From the NCBI RefSeq assembly GCF_033153115.1, contig NW_026889782.1:26722001-26786000 (forward strand): a stretch of 64,000 nt of DNA, read 5' to 3'. The number at the start of each line of letters is the position of its first letter. Positions within the stretch are counted from its first letter, which is position 1. Under the pieces are notes generated by a model. That model did not search any database. It saw only the letters and a list, made by a program, of their open reading frames with translations, and was not told the origin of the DNA. Position numbers and translations under genes: made by a program. Source of the stretch: Saccostrea echinata (lineage: Eukaryota). This document shows positions 49,501 through 62,700 of this stretch, piece after piece.

Positions 49501-52500
49501 GAAGTAATTGTAAAAAAAAATATGAAGATGGAGGTTTGAAAATGTTAAATCTGATGTCTTTTATAGCTTCCATGAAATTATTTTGGATAAGGCAGCTCAT
49601 CTTTACAAATAGGGGGATTGAACACCTCATTCCAAAATTCAATTTGAACAAATTTTTAAGTTGTGGAATTGAATACACTACAACCTTCTTAAAAAGATTG
49701 AAGAATAAATTTTGGACAGATGTTTTTAAGTCATGGATAATGTTACAAAACCTTGAAAAAAAGTTTGATGTTGCTGGTGACTCACCATTATTTTACAATC
49801 CGCATTTACATATCGGTGGAAAACCATTTTATAATAAACAAATGTTTGACAGTAACATTAGACAACTTAATGATATCATAAATGAGGATGGTTCACTCTT
49901 TACTTATGAGTGTTTCTGTAACACCTATCCAAATATAAAGATTAATTTTTTAGAATACAATAGTATTATTCATGCTATAAAGGCTTGAATGAAAAATTCT
50001 GGTAAGGAAAAAACAATAAAAAAGCTCATGTCAAATATCTACACAGTAACGAAATGTAAAAAATCTAAATGCTATTACGAAATCCTTAATCAAAATTCTT
50101 CTGTTGCAGCAGGAAAAACACATTGGAGTGAGCTTCTAGAAGTTGAAATTAAGGAATGGAAAAAAATTCACATAATACCCTTCAGAGTAACAAAAGACTG
50201 TAAACTCCAATGGTTCCAATATAGGATTATAAACAAAATTTTAGCAACAAATTCATTCTTATTCAAAATTAAGAAAATGACTGTAAGTTCTGCAGTTTTT
50301 GCCAAACCGAGGAGGAAACAATAGAACACCTTTTGTGGGAATGCAATAGTACACAAATTTTTCTAGAAGAATTTGTTCATTTACTTGAAGATAAAACTGG
50401 TCTAAAGATTAGAGTTACTAAGAAATCTTTTATTTTAGGGTTTATTGATGAAAACACTGATGTTCAAAATGCTATTCTTCTTTGGCTTAAATATTATATT
50501 TATACTGCAAGATGCACCCAGAAACCTATAAATGTACATACTGCAATATCACAAATGAAGTTTCATTATGAAACACAAAAATTTATTTCTTATAAGATTG
50601 GTGGAAAGGAAAAGTTTGATACCCAGTGGAACAGGTGGAACCTACTATTCTCTTAACTCTCTCTCTCTCTCATAAAATAAAAACGCACTTCTGCTTCTGA
50701 AACTTGATGTATATGTATAATGTTATGTATGTTGTGTGAATAAATAAAAAAAATAAATAAATGCACACTCAAAAAAAAAAATAAAAAAAGATTGGTCTTT
50801 GTTGGAGAGACAAACCCAAGAGCTATTTCAAAAATGGGTCTCCTTTAACAAAAGACAAAACAAAGACATAAACTCAAATTCAAAAACGTTTCCTGGTATT
50901 ACTTTAGATCAACTAGTCTTTTTCGAAAAATGTTTCGAAATCAATGTCAACGTATTTTCTTTGCTAGATGATGGTTCTGCACATGTTATTTACAAATCAA
51001 AATGTAAATATTCAAATGATATTTACTTAAATCTCTTCGAACATCATTTGTCATACATTACAAAATTCGACACTTACGCCAAAAAATTTCAGTGCAAAAC
51101 TTGTCATCGTCATTTTTGGTATTTGAAAAACTTGAAAAAACATCAGCGAGTGTGCAAGAATAAAACAAGGAGACAATTTCCAGGGGGGGTTTATTCTACC
51201 CCAAACACAATTTTTGATAAATTAGAACAATACGGTATCACTGTTAATTCCAGTGATCGTTTGTATGAATGGTTTTTAGTTTACGACTTTGAATCTATGC
51301 TTGTACCAACTGATGATGGTCAAAACAGTGCAAGTCTTCAATATACGGAACAACACGTCCCCGTATCCGTAAGCATCTGTTCAAATGTAGAAGACCACAC
51401 CGAACCCCTATGCATTGTTGAATCAAACATTGATTCTCTTGTCGAAAAAATGCTAGAGTACATGTCAACAATCGCTCAGAGAGCAACCGAGTTAACTAAA
51501 CAAAAGTTTTCTGATGTGTTTAGCGCCCTCGAGGACTCGGTGTTTGACGAGAGAATTTGTGATGACGCACTCGAGTGCATCAGAGACGATGAGGAAATTC
51601 ATAAAATGATAAATGAAGAAAAAAAGCTTTCCAAAAAATTAAAAGAAGAATTTGAAAGTTATTGCGAACAAATGATCTGCATTGGTTTCAATTCGGCCAA
51701 ATACGATATTAATTTAATAAAGAGTTACCTCGTCAAACACCTCCGACTCGACGAAAACGGCGCATTCGTTTTCAAACGCAATAATGCTTATTCGTGCATC
51801 AGTACAAACACTTAAGTTTTTAGACTCTCTCAATATCTGAGTCCCGGTATAAATTATTCGGGGTTTTTAAGAGCATTTGATGTTCAAGAAAGTAAGGGTT
51901 TTTTCCCATACGAATTTTTCGATGATATAGACAAACTTAGTTACGACCGACTTCCACCTCACGAGGCCTTTTATTCAAGTCTCAAAAATGCCAACATTAC
52001 CGACGAAGAATATGCCTTCTGTCAAAGATTGTGGGACGAGAAGAAAATGACAACGTTTCGCGATTTCCTCGTCTGGTACAACAATCTTGACGTCGAACCT
52101 TTCGTACAAGCGGTGAGGAATTTACAGAAATATTATTTCGAGCGCGGCATTGACATATTTAAATGTAGTATATCGGTACCGGGTCTTGTGCGTCGAATGT
52201 TATTTGAAAGTGGTACGAAAGAGGGGGCCAGTTTTGCTTTGATCGATCGTGAAAATGAAGATCTGTACGACACGATCAAGCAGAACATTATAGGAGGACC
52301 GAGCATTATTTTCAAACGCTACCACGAAACAAAAAGGTCATTTATTCGTGGTAATCCACAAAAGCCATGTGGTCGAATTATCGACTTTGACGCCAATGCG
52401 CTATACCTATACTGTATAGGAAAAGAAATGCCCGTCGGTGCTTTCGTGCGTAGGCGCATGCTCGATAAATTCAAACCTCAGAAGCGAGATAAATATACCA

Positions 52501-54317
52501 TTGCATATGATTGGTTAGATTGGTTGTCCCGCTGTGGGAAATATAAAGCCATCAAACATAAGCTGAATTCAGGTAAAGAAAAAAAAATTGGTCGCTTTCC
52601 TGTTGAGGAGACTAACACGGTGCTGCAGTTTCATGGATGTTACTGGCATGGACATCGTTGTTGGTTGACTCGACATGTCAAAAACGATAAACTCTTAGAA
52701 ATGAGACAAAATAAAACCAAACTTGTAACGAGTTACCTCAGAAAACAAGGTTACAAGGTTGTTGAAATGCGCGAGTGTACTTTCCGTAACAACATTCGCA
52801 CTAACCTTCAGCTGAAAAAATTCGTCAACTCGAGAAAAGCAACCTACAGGTCAAGGTCCCATGACACATGAAGATGTCATTAGAGGAGTTTTGAGCGGCA
52901 AGTTATTTGGCATGGTAGAAAGTGACATTCGGTTCCAGAAGCTTGGCCCGATCACTTTAAACACCCGACTATGACACCATTCGAGTATTTCTCAGAGATG
53001 AGTCCTCTCTTTTGCACCACGGACATTCCATTTGACACCATAGGCCCGCACATGCAAAACCACGCGAAACGGTTTAATCTGAGTACGAAACCTCGTCATC
53101 TTCTGGTAGGAGGCATGAGAGCGCGTAAATTATTGATAGCTACGCCTTTACTGCGCTGGTATATAGAGCACGGTCTGGAGATTACCAAAATCTACCAGAC
53201 TGTTGAATATACACCTCAAAGATGTTTTAAGAATTTCGTTCGCGATGTAAGCGACGCGCGACGTCAAGGCGACGTAGACCCGACGAAATCCATAATTGCG
53301 GATACGCGTAATCTAGAAGGAAATAGTGCATTCGGATCCACAATTATGGATCAAGAAAAGTTTCAAACCGTCAAATTCGTACGCGGTGAAGGAAAGGCCA
53401 TGATGGAGACAAACGAACCCACTTTTAAGAAATTATCTACACTTTTCGACGAGGAAGAGCTTTTCGAAATTGAAGAAAATAAGAAAAAATTCAAACTGAA
53501 TTTACCCATTCAGATCGGTTACTTCATCTTGCAGTATGCAAAACTGCACATGTTACAGTTTTACTATGACTTCATGGATAGATTTGTAGACCGTGCAGAC
53601 TTTGAGTACTGTGAGATGGACACCGACTCTGCCTACATGGCCATTTCGGGACCTACCTTTGTGTCTGTGATTAAACCTGAATTGCGACAGATTTACGATC
53701 ACAGTCTCAAAGGTCACTGTGTCGACAGTTTAGAGATCGAGGCGGACTGCGACCGGCATTGGTTTCCTCGCACTTGTTGCGAGAGACACGTAAAGTTCGA
53801 TCGTAGAACGCCTGGACTCTTCAAAATTGAATTTGAAGGTGACGAAATGATAGGTTTATGTTCGAAGACTTACATCGTCTCTACTCGTGCGCAGAAGAAA
53901 TGTTCCAGTCAATTGATTGTAGCGCAGCGACTACTTAGACGTGCAAAGAAATGTAGGTTTAGAAAATCCCAAGTTATCAAACCACGTTTGGTGACGAAAC
54001 ATAAGTTTTCTTGCAAGGGAATTTCAAAGAAAAGACTTAAAGCTCCCCTCGCCTTATTCAGAGATATATTAAAAACTCAAAAAGTGGGAACTGGAACAAA
54101 TATGGGATTCAAACTTAGAAATAACAGTGTGTATACGTATCGTCAAATAAGGAATGGTTTGACTTATTTTTACTGTAAGAGAAAAGTTTTAAATGACGGA
54201 GTTAGCACTGAACCATTAGATTTCGAGTTATGTCCTGTAAAAAGCAAAAAGGAATATGAAACTGATATAGATGACTTCGATCTCGAACTAGTACACATGC
54301 TCGCGGAAAGCGAGTAA
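46563..54317 (+). pseudogene. pPolB (C), LINE-interrupted, several disruptions; 5' end uncertain
   Basis: YDFES, GFNSAKYD, YNNLDV, IIGG, DANALY, QFHGCYWHGH, GNSAFG, MDTDS. Intron at 46623-46728. Confidence 0.93.
47466..50786 (+). mobile_element. 5'-truncated L1/Tx1-type LINE
   Basis: Endonuclease end SRLDFF..SDH, RT motifs GCRQGDPLSP and ADD, poly(A) tail, 14-bp TSD AAAGATTGGTCTTT (47452-47465, 50787-50800). Removal restores NKDWSLLERQ. Confidence 0.95.
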
Positions 54318-54741
54318 TTGATATTATTTGTTGCATGACACTGTTGTTCGAAGAGATTGTATGTATTTTCTTTATTTTGTAAAGTTTGTGTTGCACTGGA
54401 AAAAAAAAAGGGGGGGGGGGTCCATAACGTCACATCATTTCATCTCTTGGATGTGATAAGAAATGTTATCTAATAATTTCGCTTCTTCTGTGAAATTTGG
54501 TAATTATTTATGTACGTTGAATGATTGATTATGCAGTTGACTTAAATGTGATTAAAAAAAATTATTGCTCTAATTCATCGTTTATTTTGAAGTATCCGTG
54601 TTCAATATATTCATCTACATGAACATTACGTAATTATTTTTCATTATTATTTCGCATATATTTATACTGTTACCGAATTTTAACTCAAGATTCATTTACC
54701 GTATATATTTTTGTTTGTCTAACTATTTACATATGTATATA

Positions 54742-57429
54742 CAGACCCTGAAACGTGCTACTACCCCAAAAAAGCGTGTGACTTTCGTGCGCTTTTCGTT
54801 TCGTGCAAACCGTGTAGCGTTTCGTGTAAACCGTGCAGCGTTTCGTGCAAACCGTGTAGCGTTTCGTGTAAACCGTGCAGCGTTTCGTGTAAGCTCCAAA
54901 GCGTTTCGTGCAAACCGTGTAGCGAGCGTGCGAGAAGCGTGTGAGAAACGTGCGACTTTCGTGTAAGAACCGTGTGAGAAACGTGCGACTTTCGTGTAAG
55001 AACCGTGTGAGAAACGTGCGACTTTCGTGCAAGAATCGTGTGAAAAACGTGTAGGATTCATTCGGAAGTCATTTTATTTTAAATATGGATATTGATGGAT
55101 CAACATGTCATTCTGTGTTGTTTGTAAGTAATATTATTCGCATATATTACCGGTGGTATAAAATAAAAATACGGAAACAACAAATTAAATAAAATTACTC
55201 GGTAATGTATTACATATTTGTTTGTTTTTCTTCCTTTTTTAAAAAAATAAAGATGGACATAAAATATGTTCAAAGTTATTAATTATATGTACATCAATTT
55301 AGAGGTATTTGATTCAATACATTTTTTAAAGGGGGCAATACTAAACATTTTTTAAAAAAAGAAAATTCACCAAGAACCCGGTCTTGTCCTTTTCATTCAT
55401 TCATTTGAATTTCTTCACCATTTTACAATTATGGTATATAAAGATTACAGGAACCTATTGGTGATTAATACAAAATAATAGATAGATAAGGCAGGCGTGA
55501 AAAATAAAATACAAAATTTAGTGCGTTGCTATAAATGTGAAGTATGGGAATTCTAGGCCGGGGAGCACAGTTAATTCATTTTCTTTATAAACGAACATAA
55601 TTTTCTTATATCACAAGATTGTGTTACAAATAATGTTGAAACGAAGAATCATTTATAGTCTTTTTATGCATACAATTGGTTAATAATTGTCACATAAATG
55701 AATTATAATTCACATGCTTCGGCAAATACAGGGTAAATTATTTCCGGGGGGGGGGGGGGTGTTCAAATGAAAACACAAACTGAGCTTTTGTTGTTAAGTG
55801 TTTTATATATAATTTTGTTTTTAAAGAAATCTATTGCTATATGCACCCCTTAAAAATATACTAGAATCTTCTTTACACGTTCCAACACTCTTCTTACGAC
55901 AGTGATCAAGGTCATTCACAACAGCGATCACGGGCACCTCGTGCCGGGAACTGAAAACTTGTTCTGTTATTATCTCTTGTCAATCATAGCTAAGATGACA
56001 CGGGACAATAACGATTGATTTTGATTAGTGAAATTAAATCGTTTTATTAGTATTTAATGGGTACAAATAAATACGGTCCGTGGATTTTATTTCTTAAATT
56101 TATCCGATTGTCTGTAAACAGTGAATTAATTTGCCAGTGTATTAGCGAATAAAAAAAATATATAGAAATAAATCTTGAGTACAGTGTAATTATTAGTTGT
56201 TTTATTAATCACGCAATTACAGAGCGTAATTTTTAGTTTATAGGACATAGGACATGTACATACATGTATATTGAATGTATTGCTAAAAGCCGTGACTTTT
56301 GATTACTTTTTTTTAATTGTCTAGACGGGGTTTGAAATCAAGGATTTTACAAGGTGGTGGATATATTGTTTTTATTTGATAAACACGATGCCTCAAACGA
56401 GAACGAGAACGATTATTTATCATTCTGAATAAAGTGCATTTAATGAATTACATGTATCTGGTCCCTCTGGATATCCTTTTATTTTCTTAGAATGGGCACC
56501 TGTTTCTATAATAATATTTCCCCCAATGTTATACTAACTGAAACAAGTGCCCGTTATATTTAGCCGTGTACAGATTCGAAGATACAACAGCAAGATCTCG
56601 GTAATCTACCTCTCCCCCCCCCTTCCTGCACAATGTAGTGTACATGTCACTTTTTCAAATTATAAACAGAACCTAAACTAATCCAATGAATATATATTTT
56701 TTTTTATAAATCAAAAAATGAATAAATCAATCAAAAATTGAAAAAGAAAGAAAAGAAAATCAATTCGCTTTCAAAAACCATACGCAATTTAATCATTTAT
56801 TTTTTTCAAATCAATAACTGAGTTTATTTGTCAGTAATGAAACGACTTTTTAATATCAAACTATAGGCTAATTGTAAAAACATTGGATGCTATAAAAGAT
56901 TATGAATTACAAATATAATAATTTTTTTCAGTGCGTAATTTAGAGTCTATTTAAAAAGGTTTCTACATAGACGATGATAAGCATTTCACCGAGCGGGCAC
57001 ATACTCAATGATAACTACATCTGTATTAATTAATTACAACCGAAGATTGAGTATTTTACCTGTTAATATAGTACTGGTGTAGCGAGTTTTAATCTTAAAC
57101 TGAATGATTGCAATTCTTAACTAATCTTTGATTAATCCGTAATAATTTAAATAAAGTCCGAGAGATTCCGAATAGAAAATCCAGATCGAGGCCAAAGCGT
57201 GCGAGAATCGTGTACAAAGCGTGTGAGAAACGTGTACAAAGCGTTTCGTGCAGGCTTTCGTGTAAACCGTGCAGCCTTTCGTGCAAAGCGTTTCGTGTAA
57301 ACCGTGTAGCGTTTCGTGCAAACCGTGTAGCGTTTCGTGTAAACCGTGCAGCGTTTCGTGCAAACCGTGTAGCGAGCGTGTACCGTTCGTGCAGCGTGCG
57401 TGTGGGGTAGTAGCACGTTTCAGGGTCTG
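54742..57429. mobile_element. Non-autonomous DNA transposon, TA TSD
   Basis: 27-bp TIR CAGACCCTGAAACGTGCTACTACCCCA. 21-bp and 30-bp subterminal tandem arrays. Confidence 0.92.
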
Positions 57430-57541
57430 TACTTGTATACACAATAAAGATTTTTGGTGTAATTCACGTTTTGTCATTTATCACAAGACAAGGTCATAAG
57501 AAGGGTGTAGTATCTATATACTCAAAAGCATTTTATTTAAC

Positions 57542-57772
57542 ATGGAGAGAACTTCCAGCTCGTCAACAGAATCGTGGTGTTTAATGGGAAATAAAATTCC
57601 CAAATCTGAAATTGTCTACTTTTGTCAAATGATCGTGGTGTATTTCATCATCATTACCTCAATTGTTAACTTATCTCTAAAGAACGGTTCCTCTGAACTA
57701 TGGATTTCCTTACTTAGCAGTGCAATAGGTTACATATTACCTAACCCCTCTTTAAAAACAGAAAAAATATAA
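57542..57772 (+). CDS. Small two-TM membrane protein (C)
   Basis: Intact 76 aa, near-identical to 16302. Confidence 0.82.
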   Translation: MERTSSSSTESWCLMGNKIPKSEIVYFCQMIVVYFIIITSIVNLSLKNGSSELWISLLSSAIGYILPNPSLKTEKI

Positions 57773-57808
57773 GATTAATGATACTCGGATAAGACTTAAA
57801 TCATCAGC

Positions 57809-58456
57809 ATGTCTATTCCATTTCAACCGTGTTCGAGTATGTGTATAAGCGGTCAAACAGGAAGTGGTAAGACGCGATTTGTATACCGATTGTTGACCGA
57901 TTTGAATGAAATGTATGGCGGTGAGCCTCCTAAAAAATTTTTGTATTGTTACGGTATTCATCAACCTCTTTTTGACGAAATGGAGCAGCGCTTTTCTAAC
58001 TTGAGATTACATCACGGGGTTCCCACAAACAAAGAAATAGAGGAACTGACCTCTGATCGACAACATACACTAATCGTGCTGGACGATTTAATGCATCGAG
58101 TAGTCAGAGATGCCGACATGGCACTTTTATTTACTCAAGGCTGTCACCACCGACGTCTCAGTGTAGTATTCATTACACAAAATTTATTTCCGAAAGGTTC
58201 AAAGTCAAGAACCATAGCTTTAAATACCTACTATTTGATACTGATGAAAAATGCCAGAGATGCATCGCAAATTTCAATGTTGGGTCGACAGTTATATCCG
58301 GGATGTTCTAATCTCTTGGTGGAAGCTTACAAAGATGCAACTAAGCGTCCCTTCGGTTACCTGCTGGTGGACACGTCACCACAAGGCGACGATAAATTTA
58401 GACTCAGAACAGATATATTTCCGGGAGAGGACCCTACAGTATACACATGTTTATAA
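57809..58456 (+). CDS. A32/FtsK-like packaging ATPase (C), intact
   Basis: GQTGSGKT, LIVLDD, ITQN, SRTIALN. Confidence 0.93.
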   Translation: MSIPFQPCSSMCISGQTGSGKTRFVYRLLTDLNEMYGGEPPKKFLYCYGIHQPLFDEMEQRFSNLRLHHGVPTNKEIEELTSDRQHTLIVLDDLMHRVVRDADMALLFTQGCHHRRLSVVFITQNLFPKGSKSRTIALNTYYLILMKNARDASQISMLGRQLYPGCSNLLVEAYKDATKRPFGYLLVDTSPQGDDKFRLRTDIFPGEDPTVYTCL

Positions 58457-58488
58457 GAACAAATGTAGACCTTTGATATAAGATATTA

Positions 58489-58815
58489 ATGATGACTTCT
58501 GCTGTCAGACAACAGAGACATTTTTTACAATTTTTGCTTCAGTCAAATCCCGCACAAAGAAAATTGATTTTAAGTTCCATCACCAGAGATCAATTAAACG
58601 TGTTGGGAGAAATAGCCGCGAACGTTATCCATAGTGTTATTTTACTGAATCCAGAAGAGAAAAAAGCTCTTAAAAAATACAAATCTTTTCTCTTCGTACT
58701 AGGCGACAAGAAGACGGCTAAAAGAATAAAAGAAGGTTACTTAAAAAGAAACCAGCTCGGCATCGCAACCTTGTTAAAAATCGTAAAACCTTTCCTGAAA
58801 AAATGGTGGACGTGA
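58489..58815 (+). CDS. Small basic helical protein (C)
   Basis: Orthologue of 15279. Confidence 0.8.
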   Translation: MMTSAVRQQRHFLQFLLQSNPAQRKLILSSITRDQLNVLGEIAANVIHSVILLNPEEKKALKKYKSFLFVLGDKKTAKRIKEGYLKRNQLGIATLLKIVKPFLKKWWT

Positions 58816-59169
58816 TGCAGAAATCTGTGTTGATACCTTACGAGAAGTACAGCCGTCTCATGACACTCCAGGAGACACATCGCGCGAATTCCGAAACAGA
58901 CGCGGAGAGGGTCGTGGCAGAAAATGTACCTTAAAACATGATAGCCCTACAACATCCGGAGAAATCACAGAACCTTGACATGTCAACTCAGACCGAATCC
59001 GAGGACTCGATAAAGCCTGAAACAACATCAACCAATCTATCTACGAAGGAATCCGAGGAATCGCTTATCACAGAAAAGCCAGTGCTCAAAAAGAAAAAAA
59101 ACAATTGAAAATAAAAACGTTAAAGCAAAATCTCGTTACAGACTTCAAACAACGTGGATTCGATTTTAA
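58803..59169 (+). pseudogene. Small Polinton protein (C), disrupted
   Basis: MQKSVLIPYEKY...TWIRF, orthologue of 14953. Confidence 0.7.
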
Positions 59170-59561
59170 CCAATGTACACTTCCTGAATGAATAAATATT
59201 TTTTCATTTGATTATATCAGAGTTGTTATTTATTTATTATACTTTTAAATCTCACTTATCAATTATCATTATTTATAATTTTTTAAAAGAGACCGCTTTC
59301 CAAAGGGATTACTATATTCCTCTTTATTTATCAATAATTATACAGTAATAATATTATTCTTTAATACATGTAAGTTTTATAAAATAAGATCTATATAAAA
59401 TAAGATCCCGTTTGAGAACACACATCGGTATATTATTCAGTATACATTAAGAAAGGATTCGTCGTTATCAATCATATTTTTTCCAATACATGTTTTATAA
59501 ATAAACTATCGTCTGAATACATGAAACAAATTTATCAACACTATAACTAAATTATTCATTC

Positions 59562-59771
59562 ACTCTTTTAATAAAAACACAGATTAAACCATTTGTTTTC
59601 CGGAATGACTTCTTCAAATGATTTAATCTAGGTTACATGTCGTAGTATTAATCCTAATCATTGATTACGACTACCCCCTTCTCGGCGCTAATTACCTTCC
59701 TGTTTGCTACGTCACGATCCTCAATCGTACCGATCCTCAAAGTGGGCTATAATGTCCCCCTCTATACTACC
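59562..59771 (-). repeat. Right TIR of C
   Basis: Reverse complement of 19568-19777. Confidence 0.96.
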
Positions 59772-62700
59772 GTCATCACAGCAACAATGATGTCTTCCGG
59801 GGACATTTGACCTCGACTCATTTTGGACTTGCGAGAATCTGTAAATTTTTTCAGTCGCAAATTAGTGCGCATATTACGAAAAATACATTCTCGCATCTCT
59901 ACAACCTTGTAACCTTTTCTCTTCAGAAAGGCAGTTATATTTTGCGCGTCTTCTTTTCGTGATTTTTCATTAAGTGGTCGTCTTGAACATGACGAGTCAA
60001 CCAACAACGATGACCGTGCCAGTAACAACCTTGAAATTGAAACACGGTGTTGGAAGATTCGTCATAGCCATCGACCTGAAAACGACCTATTTTCTTTTCC
60101 TTTCCAACGTTTAACTTATGTATAATATTGTACTGACCATTATGATTCAGCCACTCTAACCAATCATATGCAAGCATGTATTTATCACGTCTTTGTGTCT
60201 TAAACCCGTCGTCTATCTTACGACGCACAAAAGCACCCACAGGCATGTCTTTTCCTAAACAGTGTAGATAGAGAGCATTAGCATCGAAGCCAGTGATCTT
60301 ACCACAAGGTTTCTGGGAATTTCCACGAATGAACGATTTCCCCGCCTCGTGGTAGCGCTTGAAAATAATACTAGGCCCCCCCATGATATTTTGTTTTACC
60401 GTGTCATACAAGTCTTCGTTTGACTTATCAAACAAGGAGAAAACAGCCCCTTCTTTTCTACCACTTTCGAACAACATTTGTCGCGCTAGACCCGGTACTG
60501 AAATGCTACATTTGAATATATCAATGATACTTTTGTAAATTCTTTACAGCTTGTACGAAAGGCCCGACGTCAAGGTTGTTGTACCACACTAGAAAATCTC
60601 GAAAGGTTGTCATTTCTTTTTCCTTCCACACTCTTTGACAAAACGCGTAATCATCGTCGCTGATATTGACATTTTTAAGTGTTGAATGGAATGCATCGTG
60701 AGGTGGAAGTTCGGAGTAATTTAATTTTTCGACAGAGTCTAGAAATTGGTAAGGAAAAAACCCTTTACATTCTTGTACATCGAAAGCACGCAAGAACCCT
60801 GAATAATTGATGCCGGGAATAAATGTTGAGAAAACTAAAATTGTTGTTTTTAGAAATAAGGGAAAGGTTCATGATAATGAAAAGTGGCATATACATAATG
60901 AGCAAATAGAAGTTGTAGATAAATTTATGTATCTGGGAGATTTATTGAACTACAATGGAAATTTTAACGTAACTCAAAAACAATTGGCATGTCAAGGAAG
61001 AAAAGCAATGTTTTGTCTAAAATCTAAGGTTAGTCAATTGAGTTTAAATACTGAAACTATGTTCTCACTTTTTGATACATATGTCAGTAGCATACTAAAC
61101 TACGGCTGTGAAGTTTGGGGAAACCACAATGCATGTGATATTGAAAAGATACATCTGGAATTCATTAAGAATGTTTTATATGTTAGAAAAAACACAAACA
61201 CGGCCATGATATATTTCGAAACAGGCAGACTGCCTATGAAGACTGTACGGCAATTCCGGATTTTCAAATTTTGGTTTAAAATATTACAAAGTAAGAATTG
61301 TATTTTGAGATCATGTTATGAGAAAATGTTAAAGGAAACTGAACAACCAATGAACAAGATCACGAACTGGGCTTCCTATATTAAAGATAAATTATTCGAA
61401 ATTGGGTTAGGTTACATGTGGACTGACCAAGAAAGAATTTGTTATAACAGCCATTTCTTGATGATAAAGCAAAGAATTATTGACACCTATGTACAGAATC
61501 TCCTTGCAGATATCAATAGTTCATCTAGATGTATGTTATTTAAGAATATTATTGACCACTTCACACTGCAATATTATTTGGTAAAACCTATTCCTTCCAT
61601 TTATAAAAAGCAAATTAGCAGGATAAGACTGTCATCACATAATTTAGCTATAGAAAGTGGACGCCATAAAAATATATTACGCGAAAATCGAATATGCGAA
61701 TTATGTAGATGTGAAATTGAAGACGAATTCCATTTTGTTTTAAAATGTCCACGATATAGGGATTTACGAGCAAAATATATTAAAAAATTTTACTGGGAAA
61801 AACCATCTATGTTCAAATTCATACAGTTGTTATGTGCACACAATGTTAAGGACCTTTGTAATTTGGGAAAATTTCTGTACCATGCTTTTAATTTACGTAA
61901 TGAATGTCTCACTGTCTTATAAACACATTATATAAAATGGTTTGTACATTCTCCACCATTAAACTGATTGTATAATTATTATGCTGTTAAAAAAAACCTG
62001 CGCTATGCCTTACTGTTATATGTTATATGTTATAAATTTATGTTGTATACAATAAGATGTATGTCTTACGTAATAAAGTGAATTGAATTGACTCAGATAC
62101 TGTGTAATATCTAAAAATTTAAATTGTGGGGTGCTAATACACGCGTAACTGTTGTTTCGTTTAACTGTAAAAGTTTCATTTCCTGTTTCCGGGATGAGAT
62201 GTTTGACCAGATAACTCTTAATTAAATTAATGTCGTATCTAGCCGAATTAAAACCAATGCATATTAACTGTTGACAATATTTCTCGAATTCCTCTTTTAG
62301 TTTTTCAGCATATTTCTGTTCTTCCTTTATTAATTTCTCTATTTCTGTATCGTGTTCGAGGTACTCTGCCATTTCGTTGGTTATTCCGTCATCGATAAAA
62401 GAACCCTCGAGTGCCTCGAACACATCACTAAATTTCGTTTTTGCTAATTCGGCTGCTTTCTGGGCTATGGTTGACATATATGTAACCATTTTCTTGATGA
62501 GATCGTCGGTGTTCGGTTCAATTATTCAGTGTGGTTCGGTGTGTTCGTTTACATTAGAACAGATACTTACCGATATGGGTACGTGATGCTCAGTGTATTC
62601 TAAATTGTCGGTATTTTTAATTTTCATAGGTACTAGCATAGATTCGAAATCATATACTAAAAACCACTCATATAATCGATCTTTCTCTTCCACGTTAATT

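Larger units (their letters stand above)
19568..59771. mobile_element. Polinton/Maverick element C, both ends present (40,204 bp including nested inserts)
   Basis: 210-bp TIRs with 2 mismatches. TSD GTCATC at 19562-19567 and 59772-59777. Confidence 0.95.

Noticed and set aside
54715-57499. Repetitive ORFs (RFARNA/LHETLHG/CKPCSV), also those at 26482, 28483, 28526, 41519 and 43241
   Set aside because: Stop-free translations of transposon subterminal arrays, open in several frames at once.
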